From Macrostomum hystrix (taxonomy: Eukaryota; Animalia; Platyhelminthes): a stretch of DNA of 64,000 nucleotides. The DNA lies in contig CATNEN010000029.1 of assembly GCA_950097015.1 (NCBI GenBank), positions 4,774,001 to 4,838,000 of the forward strand, given 5' to 3'. Below, piece after piece: positions 24,253 to 36,198 of this stretch; the first letter of the stretch is position 1, and the number at the start of each line of letters is the position of its first letter. The notes under the pieces were generated by a model, which worked only from the letters and a program-made list of their open reading frames with translations, was not told the origin of the DNA and did no database searches. The translations under genes and the position numbers were made by a program.

Positions 24253-24915
24253 ATGGGTCGCCGTCCCGCCCGCTGCTATCGCTACTGCAAGAACAAGCCC
24301 TACCCGAAGTCGCGCTTCTGCCGCGGTGTCCCGGATCCCAAGATCCGTATCTACGACCTGGGCAAGAAGAAGGCTCGCGTTGACGAGTTCCCCCAGTGCG
24401 TGCACATGATCTCGGACGAATACGAGCAGCTGTCCGCCGAGGCCCTGGAAGCCGCCCGCATCGCCGCCAACAAGTACCTGGTGAAGAGCTGCGGCAAGGA
24501 CAGCTTCCATTTGCGCGTCCGCGTTCATCCGTTCCACGTCACCCGCATCAACAAGATGTTGTCCTGCGCCGGCGCTGATCGCCTCCAGACTGGCATGCGC
24601 GGCGCCTTCGGCAAGCCCAACGGCCTGGTGGCCCGGGTCAACATCGGCCAGGTCATCATGTCGGTGCGCGGCAAGGAGGGAAACGTCAACTCCATGGTTG
24701 AGGCGTTCCGCCGATCCAAGATGAAGTTCCCCGGCCGGCAGAAGATCGCCGTCAGCCGCCGCTGGGGCTTCACCAAGTGGGACCGGCCCGACTACGAGCG
24801 GATGCGCGCCGAGGGCCGTCTGCAGCCAGACGGTGTCGGCTGCAAGTACCTGCCTGAGCACGGACCGCTGGACAGCTGGAAGCAGGTCCAGGCCGCTATG
24901 CGTATGGCCAGCTAG
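24253..24915 (+). CDS. RPL10: 60S ribosomal protein L10 (uL16), intronless CDS
   Basis: [35 protein letters not shown]...[24 protein letters not shown]; 220 aa, intact. Confidence 0.98.
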   Translation: MGRRPARCYRYCKNKPYPKSRFCRGVPDPKIRIYDLGKKKARVDEFPQCVHMISDEYEQLSAEALEAARIAANKYLVKSCGKDSFHLRVRVHPFHVTRINKMLSCAGADRLQTGMRGAFGKPNGLVARVNIGQVIMSVRGKEGNVNSMVEAFRRSKMKFPGRQKIAVSRRWGFTKWDRPDYERMRAEGRLQPDGVGCKYLPEHGPLDSWKQVQAAMRMAS

Positions 24916-25585
24916 ATGATGACAAATGATTCAATTCAAACCTATTGGGCACCCTGGCAGTGCAGTGGACTTTGATTTGCAGTGACCGCTCATTTGATTA
25001 TGGTTCGCTTGTTTCAGTTGGTTACCGATTCAAATATATTTGACAGTGTTTGGGCAATGCGATCCCGGCTCAGAATGCTGTATAGGCACTAAGGAGAAAG
25101 TTGCCTTTGTGTCTTCTGGAAGCAAGTTTGCTGTGCGGCTTTGTCTTGCTTTCTCTGCTATTATGATTCAATAGTAGTTGATACTCCTTTACCTGCATCC
25201 GACCAGAAAGAGATAAGAGATGAGATATGGGAGTGATCAGACATTGGAGAGATAAGAACGTGGAAAAGGAGACAGGGAGATGCGACACGGGAAAATGAGA
25301 ACTTGGAGATATGGGACACGGAAGAGATAAGATGGGGCAGAGATGAGACAGGTAAGAGAAATGACGGGACATACGATACGGGAAAATAAGACACGGGAGA
25401 GATACGACAAGGCCCTTATTCAAGAGCTCTACTGGCCGTATCTGTTCCCCAACTAAATTCACTAATTCAAATCTCGCTTATTCTATTTGACAACAATTTC
25501 AGCGGACAGCGAGCAGCGGCAGCAAACGCTTGCACCGACAAGAGCGCACCGCACAGAACTCTGATAGAAGACACAACTGACAGTT

Positions 25586-26164
25586 ATGCAGGCCATCAAG
25601 TGTGTTGTGGTTGGCGACGGAGCCGTCGGCAAGACCTGCCTGCTCATCTCATACACTACCAACGCCTTTCCCGGCGAGTACATTCCCACAGTGTTTGACA
25701 ACTACTCCGCTAATGTCATGGTGGACGGCAAGCCCATCAACCTGGGCCTGTGGGACACGGCTGGCCAGGAGGACTACGACCGGCTCAGGCCGCTGAGCTA
25801 CCCGCAGACAGATGTGTTCCTCGTCTGCTTCTCCCTCATCAGCCCGGCCAGCTATGAGAATGTGCGCGCCAAGTGGTACCCGGAGGTGAGTCATCACTGC
25901 CCGAACACGCCGATCATCCTGGTGGGCACCAAGCTGGATCTGCGCGATGACAAGGACACGATCGAGAAGCTGCGCGAGAAGAAGCTGGCCCCCATCACCC
26001 ACCTGCAAGGCATGACGATGGCCAAGGAGATCAACGCAGTCAAGTACCTGGAGTGCTCGGCTCTGACGCAGAAGGGCCTGAAGAATGTGTTCGATGAGTC
26101 CATCAGAGCCGTGCTGTGCCCCAGGCCGCGTCCATCGAAGCGCAACAAGTGCGACCTCCTTTAA
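25586..26164 (+). CDS. RAC1: Rac1 small GTPase, canonical, intronless
   Basis: [51 protein letters not shown]; 192 aa. Confidence 0.97.
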   Translation: MQAIKCVVVGDGAVGKTCLLISYTTNAFPGEYIPTVFDNYSANVMVDGKPINLGLWDTAGQEDYDRLRPLSYPQTDVFLVCFSLISPASYENVRAKWYPEVSHHCPNTPIILVGTKLDLRDDKDTIEKLREKKLAPITHLQGMTMAKEINAVKYLECSALTQKGLKNVFDESIRAVLCPRPRPSKRNKCDLL

Positions 26165-27137
26165 CAGTCTCTCGGAAGTGTCAGCTCCCCGACTTTCCTT
26201 AGCCTCTTTAACTGTTTCACTTTCTCCTAGCACACCCTGCAGCCTCAGAAGCAACTTCAGCCTTTGTGTCTGCGCATACATTGTGTGCGATATGTTCTGC
26301 TTATAATGTACATTCATAGATGGCTATGGAGCAATGAAGACTAGATTTCTCGCTACTCATTGCTCTCATTTCTCTTCTGTTTCTCTCGCTGCATCTGCTT
26401 ATTGACGTATTGTCTTCGTTTCGTTGGCTAATTTGTGAACAGTTCAAGTTTTTTCTGCTAATTAATCTCTGCTAAACAGTTTAATAGTGAAACTTTCTAT
26501 TGATTTTATATTATAAATAACACAGCCTAGTCTACTATAGTGCAACTACACGGCACTATTCTACAGTAATTTTGATTCCGTTAAAACAAGTGTTCAATAG
26601 TCACTTCAGTCGTGTCCTCTGTGGTGTATTTTTGTTTTATGTTTCTCTTTCGCTTCCCTCTGGTGTGGCAGTTGTCCTGTTTATTCTATTAGAAATGCTC
26701 TATCTATTCATTTGCATATTTACATTTTCTACTCTCAGCAGTTTCTAAGCAATTCAGTTACCCGGATACATTTTTGCCGTGTTTATTATTATCCTGTCCC
26801 AATCTACGAGCGAATGTGTAATTGTAACAATCAGAAACACAACTATTTCAATGCGATAATAAATATACAATTATAAAACTACTGTCTACAGCCGACAGTG
26901 TTAACTACTGCTTGAGGCTTTGAAATTATTAACTCTGATGCGTCATTGATCAAATAAAAAGTGAGAAAATGCTTCTTTGAATACATTTTTGCTCAGTTTA
27001 CATGAAAATTAGTGTCGGACCCATTAGAATGTACATACACAGTTCTAAATATCGAGTAGTGGCACATTGTACGAAATTTGTAGGTGAAAATATATGCTCT
27101 TGTGGGAAGTCTCGGCTGGGTTGTATCCCTGTTTATA

Positions 27138-27757
27138 CGAGGGTCAGTCAAAAAGTCCAGTCTAAGGAGTGGCTGCCACGTGGTTCAGCGGGTCCCAAGA
27201 AGTTCCGTGCCGAGCGGGCAGCAGCGAAGGTCTTGGCGACTGTGTTCTGGGATACTGACGGAGTTGTGATGGTTGACTTCCTAGAAAGCCAGAAAACCAT
27301 CAACGCCATCTACTACGAGTCGCTTTTGCGAAAGCTCCGCACCGAACTGGCCAAAAAGCGACCTGGCAAGCTGCACCGTGGAGTGCTCTTCCACCACGAC
27401 AATGCACCAGCCCACACTTCTCGACTGTGCCGGGAGGCTCTGCGAGATTTCCGCTGGGAAATACTTCAGCATCCTCCGTACAGCCCTGATTTGGCTCCTT
27501 CAGACTTTTTTTTGTTTCCAAAGCTGAAGGAGGCGATCAAGGGAGTTCGACATGACAGCAAGGAGGCTGCCAAGAAGGCTACCGTACAGTGGCTTGCTGC
27601 GCAGCCTCCTGCCTTCTACATGAATGGCCTGGAGAGATGGCGACACCGCATGCAGAAGTGTCTGACCCTGGAGGGGGATTATGTAGAAAAGTAGATTTGT
27701 GCGTGAAGCTTGAAGCTCGTGACAATAATATTATCATTACTTTTTGACTGACCCTCG
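27138..27757 (+). mobile_element. Internally deleted mariner element (620 bp)
   Basis: TA|CGAGGGTCAGTCAAAAAGT ... ACTTTTTGACTGACCCTCG|TA. The open C-terminal transposase has VFWD, HHDNAPAH and HPPYSPDLAPSDFFLFPKLK; the HTH region and first Asp are absent. Confidence 0.93.
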
Positions 27758-28284
27758 TAGATGCTTTGGTCTGTTAGTTTATTGCACACCTTTTCGCATT
27801 GAGCTAAATCGTTTAAATAATAAATACTTTCGTGATTAGATCTCATCTCGCAGCCTCTCCCGCGCAGAATGCGTTACATCCTGTATCTAAATTTCTGTCT
27901 CACCTTTTTTACTAGACATACAGAAGCGCAGTCCATCTTGTCTTCCGTTTTATTTTGCTCGCTGCCCCCGCGGTACAGTCTTTAGTGTACACATTACACT
28001 TAACGCGACAAGGTACCAAAGCTATTTTTGGAGTTTATTTCACAATTTTTCAATAAATCCGACGCACAGATAAACTTAGCAAGGCAACGACAGGACCAGG
28101 TAGAACTGGCCCACTTTCAAGTTCTATTTGCAAATCTAGAGTTTGTATGTTTAAAATTGTAAATTAATCTTACATGATACACAGAAGGGTATTTAGACAG
28201 ACAGATAGACTTTTCCGCTTTTCTGTGTGTCATTTTTTTGGATAGTTTAAGCATAGAAACTACAACCTAGACTAGTTGGCCCCA

Positions 28285-28510
28285 ATGTACAGCCAGTGGC
28301 ACAGCCGCGGCTCTTCCACAGGCTGTGCACAGCTGTCAGTCCGTGGACTGGGGAGGCCGTCACACCCACCTGAATTTCTGCCCCAGCAATTGCTGGTATC
28401 CATTTTACAGTTGGTTTAACTAAAGCAATGCGGAATATAGTGCCTTATTTCTCTTAGGCTGGGATTAGAACACGTGACCTCTCTGATCAAAGTCCGAAGC
28501 TCGAACCAAC
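28285..28510 (-). mobile_element. SINE family A copy (degenerate)
   Basis: Reverse-complement similarity to 13754-13970 (CAGTCCGTGGACTG, CTGGTATCCATTTTACAG, AAGCAATGC). Confidence 0.65.
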
Positions 28511-28619
28511 TTTAGAAAAAGCTCCGATATTTTTTCAAAATTTTCCTACGATAAAAAAGTTTTACATAATGAAATAGATAATTTTACAGTAGTCAGTCCA
28601 GTCTAAGCACTCGGAAAGT

Positions 28620-29231
28620 CTACAGCAAAGTGCAGCCATTTCGCTTATTCTTTCTCTCGCTCTTATTCTGGGCCGCGAGGTGCGCCCGCACCGCCTCTTC
28701 GAAGGTGTTTTCCACACCGCGCATTGCTCGAGCCGAGCACTCCACGAAAGCAATGGCGCCGATCTCCTTTGCCAATTCCTGGCCCTCCTGGGTAGACACC
28801 GGCGCGCTATTATTTCTCTTCAGCTCCTCTAAGGTCGCGTAGTCTGTCCGTAGGTCAGTTTTCAAGGCAGCAAGAACAAGGGTTGCCGTTTTACTGTAGC
28901 GTTTCAAATCCGGCACCCATTTGTTCCGCACATTTTCGTAGCTATCCCGGTGTTCAACAGAGTAACACACCAGGAACACGTTGGCGTCTGTGTAGCTGAG
29001 CGGTCGCAACATTTCGTAGCCCTCCTGTCCAGCTGTGTCGTGAATTGACAGCTCAATATCTGTGTTGTTAATTGATAGGTTTTGCGTAAATTCGTCGTGA
29101 ATTGTTGGAGTATACTGCTTTTCCTCATATTTGCCCGCCTTGTAGGCCGCTAGTAGACAGGTCTTGCCGACTGAGCCTTCACCGACCAAGACCAGCTTTA
29201 GTGGGATGCGAGTTGGTGCGGACATTGCCAT
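28620..29231 (-). CDS. Divergent Rho-family GTPase with CAAX, intronless
   Basis: GEGSVGKT, YTPTIHDEF, HDTAGQEGY, LKTD, ECSA, polybasic tail with CTLL. Confidence 0.92.
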   Translation of the reverse strand: MAMSAPTRIPLKLVLVGEGSVGKTCLLAAYKAGKYEEKQYTPTIHDEFTQNLSINNTDIELSIHDTAGQEGYEMLRPLSYTDANVFLVCYSVEHRDSYENVRNKWVPDLKRYSKTATLVLAALKTDLRTDYATLEELKRNNSAPVSTQEGQELAKEIGAIAFVECSARAMRGVENTFEEAVRAHLAAQNKSERKNKRNGCTLL

Positions 29232-30226
29232 GTTGCTGTTTGTTAAGGACTGTTAATTAAGGACTCTGCAAGCTCGTCTAGCTTTAGCTCTCTTCGCTGA
29301 GCGGTGAGACTCACATATAACTGTAATTTAACCACGCACTCTGGCCCTTTTAAGCATGAGTTCATTTTTCAATTCTACGCGCTATTGCTCAGTTTTAAGC
29401 CAGGCTTCTCAGCGTCTTTGGTTTTGTTCTGTCTTAACCTCAGCCAATTGTGACGTAGTCACTATGGGCACAGCTGCGTAACAGACAGAAGGAATCTGAG
29501 TTGCATCAGTTATTGTATTGGCACTGTAGGAAAGCTTCATAAATCCAATAAAATTCTTGAAAGTCTACATCTGGAATCTCAGCGTCTATGCTCAAGCGAA
29601 TCCTTATGTATCGATCAATCGTTCGAAAGGGCAGCCTTTCGTCCATTTCTTGTCATCGCAATTTAAGAGTACTTATATTATCATTTCTAGAGTAATCACA
29701 CTCGTGCTCTTATCTCTAGATTTCATTTGACGGAAGAAAACTGTTGATTTCTGTGCTAATACACGCTAAGGTACTGTAGCGGTGTACATGCTCGAGCAAT
29801 ACTCGTCTAAATTATTGGTATTTTAGTGCCTTGTTTATAAGCCTGCCTGCTTAGCAATCTGAGCAATGCCTGCTTTGAGGCTGCATACATGTACAGATAA
29901 AGTCATTTTCCTTCCCTACATTCGTCCAAACATTCCCAAGTTCCGAAAAATGTATTTCGACTTGAAATTTTACTATGACATAACATTCTAGGAAAGTTGT
30001 TTAACCTTGCTGTATTCTAAAGGAGATAAAAAATAAAATTCATGTGTAAGTCGGCATTAAAAATATATAAAAAATTACAATGTTGTGAGGAATTGAGTTT
30101 TCATGCTTTTCAATTAATGTGGCGCGCTTATATACACCGTGTATTTGAACTGGGATTTAAGTAGGCTTAAGTAGTATAATGTAAAGGAAGAGAAACAGTG
30201 TCCCATATTTAACTGGCGAGTTCACG

Positions 30227-30847
30227 TCAGAGCAACACACATCCGCCACTTCGCTTCTTCTTTTTCTTGGCGTACAGGCCCTTAGAAACCAGGTGAGCAC
30301 GTACGGCGTCCTCTATCACCTCCACCAGTCCGACTCCTTTCAGCGCCGAGCACTCGACGTACTTGCTGGCTCCAATTTCTGTCGCCATCGTTCGGCCATC
30401 TTCGCTGCTCAGCACCGATGCGTTCTGCCGCCTGAGATCATCGATTGTGGCCGGATCGGACCTTAAATCGATCTTGGTCGCGACCAGAACAAGTGGTACG
30501 TTTGCTGCGAAGTGCTTGAGTTCTGGGTGCCATTTGTCACGCACATTCCTGAAGCTGTTCACGGAGTCCACGGAGAAGCACAGCACAAACACATCGGTGC
30601 CGGGGTAACTGAGCGGCCGCAACCTGTCGTAGTCCTCTTGGCCCGCAGTGTCCCACAGCTGCAACCGAAATGGTCGATTCTCCACCGTTATGTCATGCGA
30701 AAAGTTGTCAACAATCGTCGGCACGTACTTCTCCGGGAAGCCTTTCTTCATCAGCACGGATAGCATGCAGGTCTTTCCGACTGATCCATCCCCAATCAGG
30801 ACGACTTTGAGTGTGTCTGCTCGATTACTATTGCTGCTGGTGGACAT
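30227..30847 (-). CDS. Rho/Rac-like GTPase with CAAX, intronless
   Basis: ATG at 30847; [43 protein letters not shown]. Confidence 0.93.
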   Translation of the reverse strand: MSTSSNSNRADTLKVVLIGDGSVGKTCMLSVLMKKGFPEKYVPTIVDNFSHDITVENRPFRLQLWDTAGQEDYDRLRPLSYPGTDVFVLCFSVDSVNSFRNVRDKWHPELKHFAANVPLVLVATKIDLRSDPATIDDLRRQNASVLSSEDGRTMATEIGASKYVECSALKGVGLVEVIEDAVRAHLVSKGLYAKKKKKRSGGCVLL

Positions 30848-31579
30848 TTTACTATCACACTCTCCTGCTTTCTTTTCTGCGAGAAAACTTCCAGGCAAGG
30901 TTTAGAGGCTGGCGAGTTTTGTGTGAAGAGGCTGCGCGGGGTTGCAGTAAATAGCACGGCGCCGTGTCTCTTCTGTCCTCCCCTCTGACAAGGCTTCTAA
31001 CTTTATGCGCGCGGATTGGCATGGAAAGCTGGGTGCTCCTCCTGGCTTACAGTCTGGTCCACCCTGTGGTCGCTCCACCCCGATCCTGAGCCGTGAACAC
31101 TTTCCTAGGCGCCCACCCTACCCTTTGAATGCAAAGCGAGCCAGAAAATTACTTTTTAGTTTCTCTGACGCATCGCTTAATTTAGCTCATGCAGTTTACC
31201 TTGTCATCTTCAATTCTCTGTCTAACGCTACGTTTTACTTCAGCAGCTCTCGAGGTCTCACTTCTGACACAGGTTCTGTAATGGGTTGCGAACAATTGCA
31301 AAAAGGGTCATTCGTACTAGTGTTGTTGCTTTTGTAAATGCAGTTTGTGCACGCTATATATACGAGTATAAACTCACGGATGTTTTTATACCCGTGTGTG
31401 AGCTTACTGTTCACATCCTTCTTAGTTTTTAATTTCTTCATTCTGCTCGTAAATAAGCTTAACTCCAGTAAAGCTAATTTATTAAAAAATGTATTTAAAG
31501 AAAGATAAACTATTCCTGAACTTGCAATCTATTAAAAAAATAATAATAATTGATTTTACCTACCCTAATTAAAGCAAGT

Positions 31580-31785
31580 TGTGTAGCCAGCAGCACAGCC
31601 GCAGTTCAGTCCATGGACTGGGAGAGATGCCACACTCACCCATCAATTACCCCGGCTGATCCTGGCACCCATTTAGCAGCTGGGTGAGCTTAAGCAATGC
31701 AGAGTTAAGTGTCTTGATAAAGGACAAAAATTGTTCCAGAGGAGCCGGGAATCGAACCCCCGACCTTCAGCCTCGTGGTGTAGTA
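31580..31785 (-). mobile_element. SINE family A copy
   Basis: Reverse complement of the 13754 SINE: CAGTCCATGGACTG, GGCACCCATTTAGCAGCTGGGTG, AAGCAATGCAGAGTTAAG, GGAATCGAACCC. Confidence 0.8.
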
Positions 31786-32339
31786 ATTACTATATTAAAA
31801 AGTGGTATTTTTTATTATAATTATATTCATTCTGTGATCTGATCATAAAAAGTTTAGTCTTTGGCTGTTTGTGTTCAACGCATTAAAAAGCATGGCTTCA
31901 GTTCGCCCTAGCCAGAAGATATTATGGAACAGTTAAGCACAATAGCCTAATCAGAGGCTCAATAAAATGCGGAGTTTGCAATTTTGATGCAACTTGGGAG
32001 GCTAATGAGTTAGCAGCAGACAAAATTCGAAATTTATCATCACAATTTTTCTCCTTGGCGGCCTTTTTTAAGTTCGTGAGAAAAATACGAAAAATACTGC
32101 TTGGAATTGCAGTGTATGTTTTCTTTAAAAAAGCTTTAACTGCAAACATAGACGCATTGGAATTTCAAAAACTCGTGTATAAGTCTTCAGTCGTTCATTG
32201 TGCGGCATATTTTACAACATATTTGATTCAGAACATACTAGTACAACTGGCTGTGATTTGTTCTACATATTTTTAAAAGAATGTAAACGAAAATTCTAGT
32301 GACTTATAAAGTGCATCTGTTCTACTTTTCAAAGATTAT

Positions 32340-32924
32340 TCAGAGAATGCTGCAGCGTGACTTTGGCTTGTGCGTGGCTGCCTTTGCTGGCATCATCACG
32401 GCTCGGATGGAGTCGTCGAATACATTCTTGAGACCTTTCTGCGTCAGTGCCGAGCACTCCAGGTACTTGACTGCGTTGATCTCCTTGGCCAGCGCCATGC
32501 CCTGCTGTTGTGAGACTGGCACCTGACCCTTGCTCTTCAGCTTCTCAATAGTTTCCTTGTCCTCCCGTAGATCTAGCTTGGTACCAACCAGAACAATAGG
32601 CGTGTTAGGACTGTGGTGGTTCACCTCAGGGTACCACTTAGCGCGCACGTTCTCGTAGCTGGCCGGATTCACCAGCGAGAAGCAGACGATGAACACGTCT
32701 GTCTGCGGGTAGCTCAGCGGTCTTAGCCGGTCGTAGTCGTCCTGACCAGCGGTGTCCCAAAGGCCCAGGTTAATCGGCTTGTTGTCAACCATAATGTTGG
32801 CTGAGAATGTGTCAAACACAGTCGGAATGTAATCGCTGGGAAAGGCGTTGGTCGTGTAGGAGATGAGCAGGCAGGTCTTGCCCACAGATCCGTCGCCGAC
32901 CACAACGCATTTGATGGACTGCAT
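32340..32924 (-). CDS. Rac-like GTPase (Rac1 paralog), intronless
   Basis: [47 protein letters not shown]; 194 aa. Confidence 0.96.
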   Translation of the reverse strand: MQSIKCVVVGDGSVGKTCLLISYTTNAFPSDYIPTVFDTFSANIMVDNKPINLGLWDTAGQDDYDRLRPLSYPQTDVFIVCFSLVNPASYENVRAKWYPEVNHHSPNTPIVLVGTKLDLREDKETIEKLKSKGQVPVSQQQGMALAKEINAVKYLECSALTQKGLKNVFDDSIRAVMMPAKAATHKPKSRCSIL

Positions 32925-33974
32925 GACAATATGCGGCCTGTCCGTTAACGCTTGTCTGTGGAATGTATTATGCTCGGGTCAAACAACCTTAGTGCTAATG
33001 CCAGAGAATAACACTAGACTTTTTAGTATGAGTCAGAGGTTTCTGTTGAAGACGACATAATTAGGTTTTTCTTTAAATACAGATGGTTGAGAGTGGCCTC
33101 CAATTCGAGTTTCATATTCTGCAATTTCAGTTTTGCTTCTAAAAATAGAAAGCTAAAAAGTATAAAGGGACTGGCTGTTCAGGAGAGAGGGTTGCCCCAA
33201 GTGTTCGTCAGTCAAACGCTCAATCTCAAGCCAATAAGGTAGTTAGGGGGGTTTGAAAGCCTGGCAACAGAACTAGTGTTTTTGAGACCTGTTCAGCTTG
33301 CAACTCGCCTTGTCTGGCTACCGCTTTGCATCGGGAGTACTTTTTGGTATTTACTTGTTCAATTATTTGAGAAAGATATTTAACTTACTCGAGAGAATAT
33401 TCGTACCACTCGCAAACCAAGCTTAAAAATGTATTTAATGTCAAAACGGTGCTGTCATTTAATTTCATAACACTAGTTTTTGTGTAGACATAGCTCGTAC
33501 CTATACATAACCTTAAGATTTTATCACTGCGGTGATAAACGTGTCGTTGGGTACATTGACATATAACCAAGTGTGCGTAAACGTCTCAAGCTCGTGTATA
33601 GTTTATGGCCCAAAGGCCATCAAAGAAATAGATTGAAGTGTGCAGTAAATTCCGCAACTGTGCTGTTAATGACTAATGCGGTAATTTCAGACTAAAATCC
33701 CTCTTCTGAGCTACTATGCAGTAAATCCCAGACGGGTATTGTCTATGGGCCGAAGGAGCTGGTCTTGCGCACACACACTTGGTCATAAATCAATGCACTT
33801 ATGCTAGGCTTCCGAGTGCGTAAATCTACCATTTAGATTCTCTAGCACTGAAAAATTACTGCAAATATTACCTCATATTGGACTGAATAAAGCGTAGATG
33901 AGCACTATGCACTAAAAAAAATACTGAAAACAAACCCGACTAGGATCGAGATATTATTATTATTATGATTATTA

Positions 33975-34800
33975 TTATTGAAATGCGCACGCCGATTGGG
34001 TGCTGATTTTTTTGTTTATTTGATGGCACTTCTTCGAGAGTTGCGACACCATCTGAGGTACCAGGAAGTAGCTGCCCAGCCGCGTCTTAATCGGGGAATC
34101 TTTCAAGCGACGGTTTACCCTGGTCATGATATCGAAAATGTGCTCAGTCTTATACCTCTTCTAAATGGCGTCGCACAGGGCCTGCACATATGGCGAGCCT
34201 TCTTGCTCGTCTCGGATAGCCATGTAGCCCTCAGTGTTGGCGTAGCACATCAGCAGGTCGCTGTCCTGCGGACAGGGCAGGTCGAACGGCCCTGGTGCTG
34301 CTTCAAAGCCGTCGGTCGTTTTTTTTCCGCTCGGAGTCGCTGTGAGTTCCACGGCAAGCCTGTAGGGAAAAACGCGGCTAAAATTCTAAGTCCTGCTGCA
34401 GCCATTGTAGATTAAGCCTCGTGGAAAAAATTCACCTGAATAAAGAACAATTTCGGCCTGTGCCGCAGGTTTTGGCAGTGGTTTGATTTGAATTTCTCCG
34501 CAATGGACTGGACCTCTAGGCGGACTCCGTCACGGCCGAAAATGCAGCCCTGAGCGCCGTGGGCCATGACAAAGCACACGAAGCAGCCGTGCCTGGGTGA
34601 TACCTGAAAGAATGCGACGTCACTAAGCAGACTGACAATTTCGTTGCAACGGAGGTTCTGGTAAATAATTACTTGGAAGGCCAGGCTCTCGAGCAAAGAT
34701 TTCACTCTGCAGATCCTGCTGCGAGCCAGTTCTGTCCTCTAGCGTGCTCCCGTCATATTCCTCTGTGTTGATCACCAAACAGAGTCGCTGGGGTGAAGTC
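33975..34800 (-). pseudogene. Caspase pseudogene
   Basis: TSPQRLCLVIN, DRTGSQQDL, FVMAHG, KLFFIQ|ACRG (76-nt intron 34435-34360), CPQDSD. Frameshift near 34708 and in-frame TAG at 34163-34161 where the 45-kb paralog has E. Confidence 0.85.
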
Positions 34801-34915
34801 AGGGCAAATGTACACACCTGTGCGCGTGCGTGCCCAGGAGTCAGGGGAATGGGCAGAATTGGCGTGTGCCAGTGCTCACACTCCTGCAAATTAGCTTGTA
34901 TTATCGTATAATCAT
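34800..34915 (+). mobile_element. 3' fragment of SINE family B abutting the caspase pseudogene 5' end
   Basis: Matches 42872-43075 in reverse (GTACACACCTGTG, CAGGAGTCAG, ATGGGCAGAATTG, CCTGCAA followed by an AT-rich tail). Confidence 0.65.
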
Positions 34916-36198
34916 AATCAATCATTAGAAGGCATCGTCGAGTGGTGAGCCACTCAAGATTCGATCTTTCACTAAGCAAATTCGAGTCAAATTTTTACTG
35001 CCATCAGCTTCACAAGCCGAACGCCGTCCCCATAAAAGCTTGTCTCGGAATCGATCGATAAGCGATTAATGCTCAACTGTGCTTAACTTAACGCAATCAA
35101 GCAGTTTTCGATGCGCCTGCGCATGTTAAAGCTGCTTGCAATGCGATCTTCAAAGTGCGAGTTTTGTACTCGTAGCTTCAAAAAATTACAATGCTTAGCT
35201 GCTCATGTAAGTAGTACATAGAGTTAGGCGGGCACTTTTTTGGCTATTTACGAAGTTAAATAGTAAAACTGCTCAATCTGTTTTTAGACGCCTTGGGAAA
35301 AGACGCGCACACATTTCCTCATTGTTTATTACCACTATTAATTCGTCTCCAACGAAATTTTCCCTGGCCACCTTATAAAGATCCTAATTGCACCCGAAAA
35401 TAAAATTTACTTTCTTTTCTGAGGGAGGCGTACTGGCTGCACATTCTGTACAGTTGGCTGCAACCCTAACTGCTCGTCCCTGGACTTTGTCTCTAGATTT
35501 ACGGACCAACAATGTACAAACAAACTATCGATTAAATTTATAACCTAAAAATTTATTCATTCACTCGCTATCTCTGACTTGTTCTCTTTCGTTTTAAATA
35601 AACCTGAAGATGCACACTGTTGTGCGAAACGCGTCCTTAATTTTCTTAAATCGAATACCGCATGTTGATTTTCGTATTTGTCTTCATCTAACTAGCAAAG
35701 CGAGCAACTTTGCACTCAGGCCAAATTCTGTTTTTCGGGAAAACAGAAGGCATCGTTTCGCAGGCCAGTCTGTGATTTCCTAAAATAAAATTAGACCGTA
35801 TGCGCCTCATAGGTCTTATTGGGTAGCAAACGTCATGGCTTAAAATTCTGTTCTCGTCGAAAGGAAAGTTACAGTAAAATGAATCTCTCGTACACAAGGG
35901 CAGTGTCTTTCATCTCTTTGTGCTATCAATTTTCTTCAAGGCCTGTGTTTACTATCGCTCTTGCAAGTGTGTGTGTGTGTGATGGGGATAGACGTACAGT
36001 ACTGTGTTCTGTCTGACGCTGAATAATAGAAAACTTTCAAAGACTTAAACAAATATGTACAACGCTTTGCTCTACATCTCTGAGAGAATCCCGGAACTCC
36101 AGGCAGAAAAATACTCAAGAGATTGTGAAATGTAAATATAAGACCGAATCCAAACACCTGCAAACTTGAAAATTCTGAATCCAAGAGCACTATTCAGC

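Noticed and set aside
24178-26317. Antisense ORFs over RPL10 and Rac1 (227 aa, 222 aa), and similar ones over other Rho/caspase exons
   Set aside because: Shadows of GC3-rich coding sequence with no recognisable protein features.
27002-27137. N-terminal 45 aa of the 230-aa mariner ORF
   Set aside because: Lies outside the left TIR; this is chance read-through from flanking DNA.
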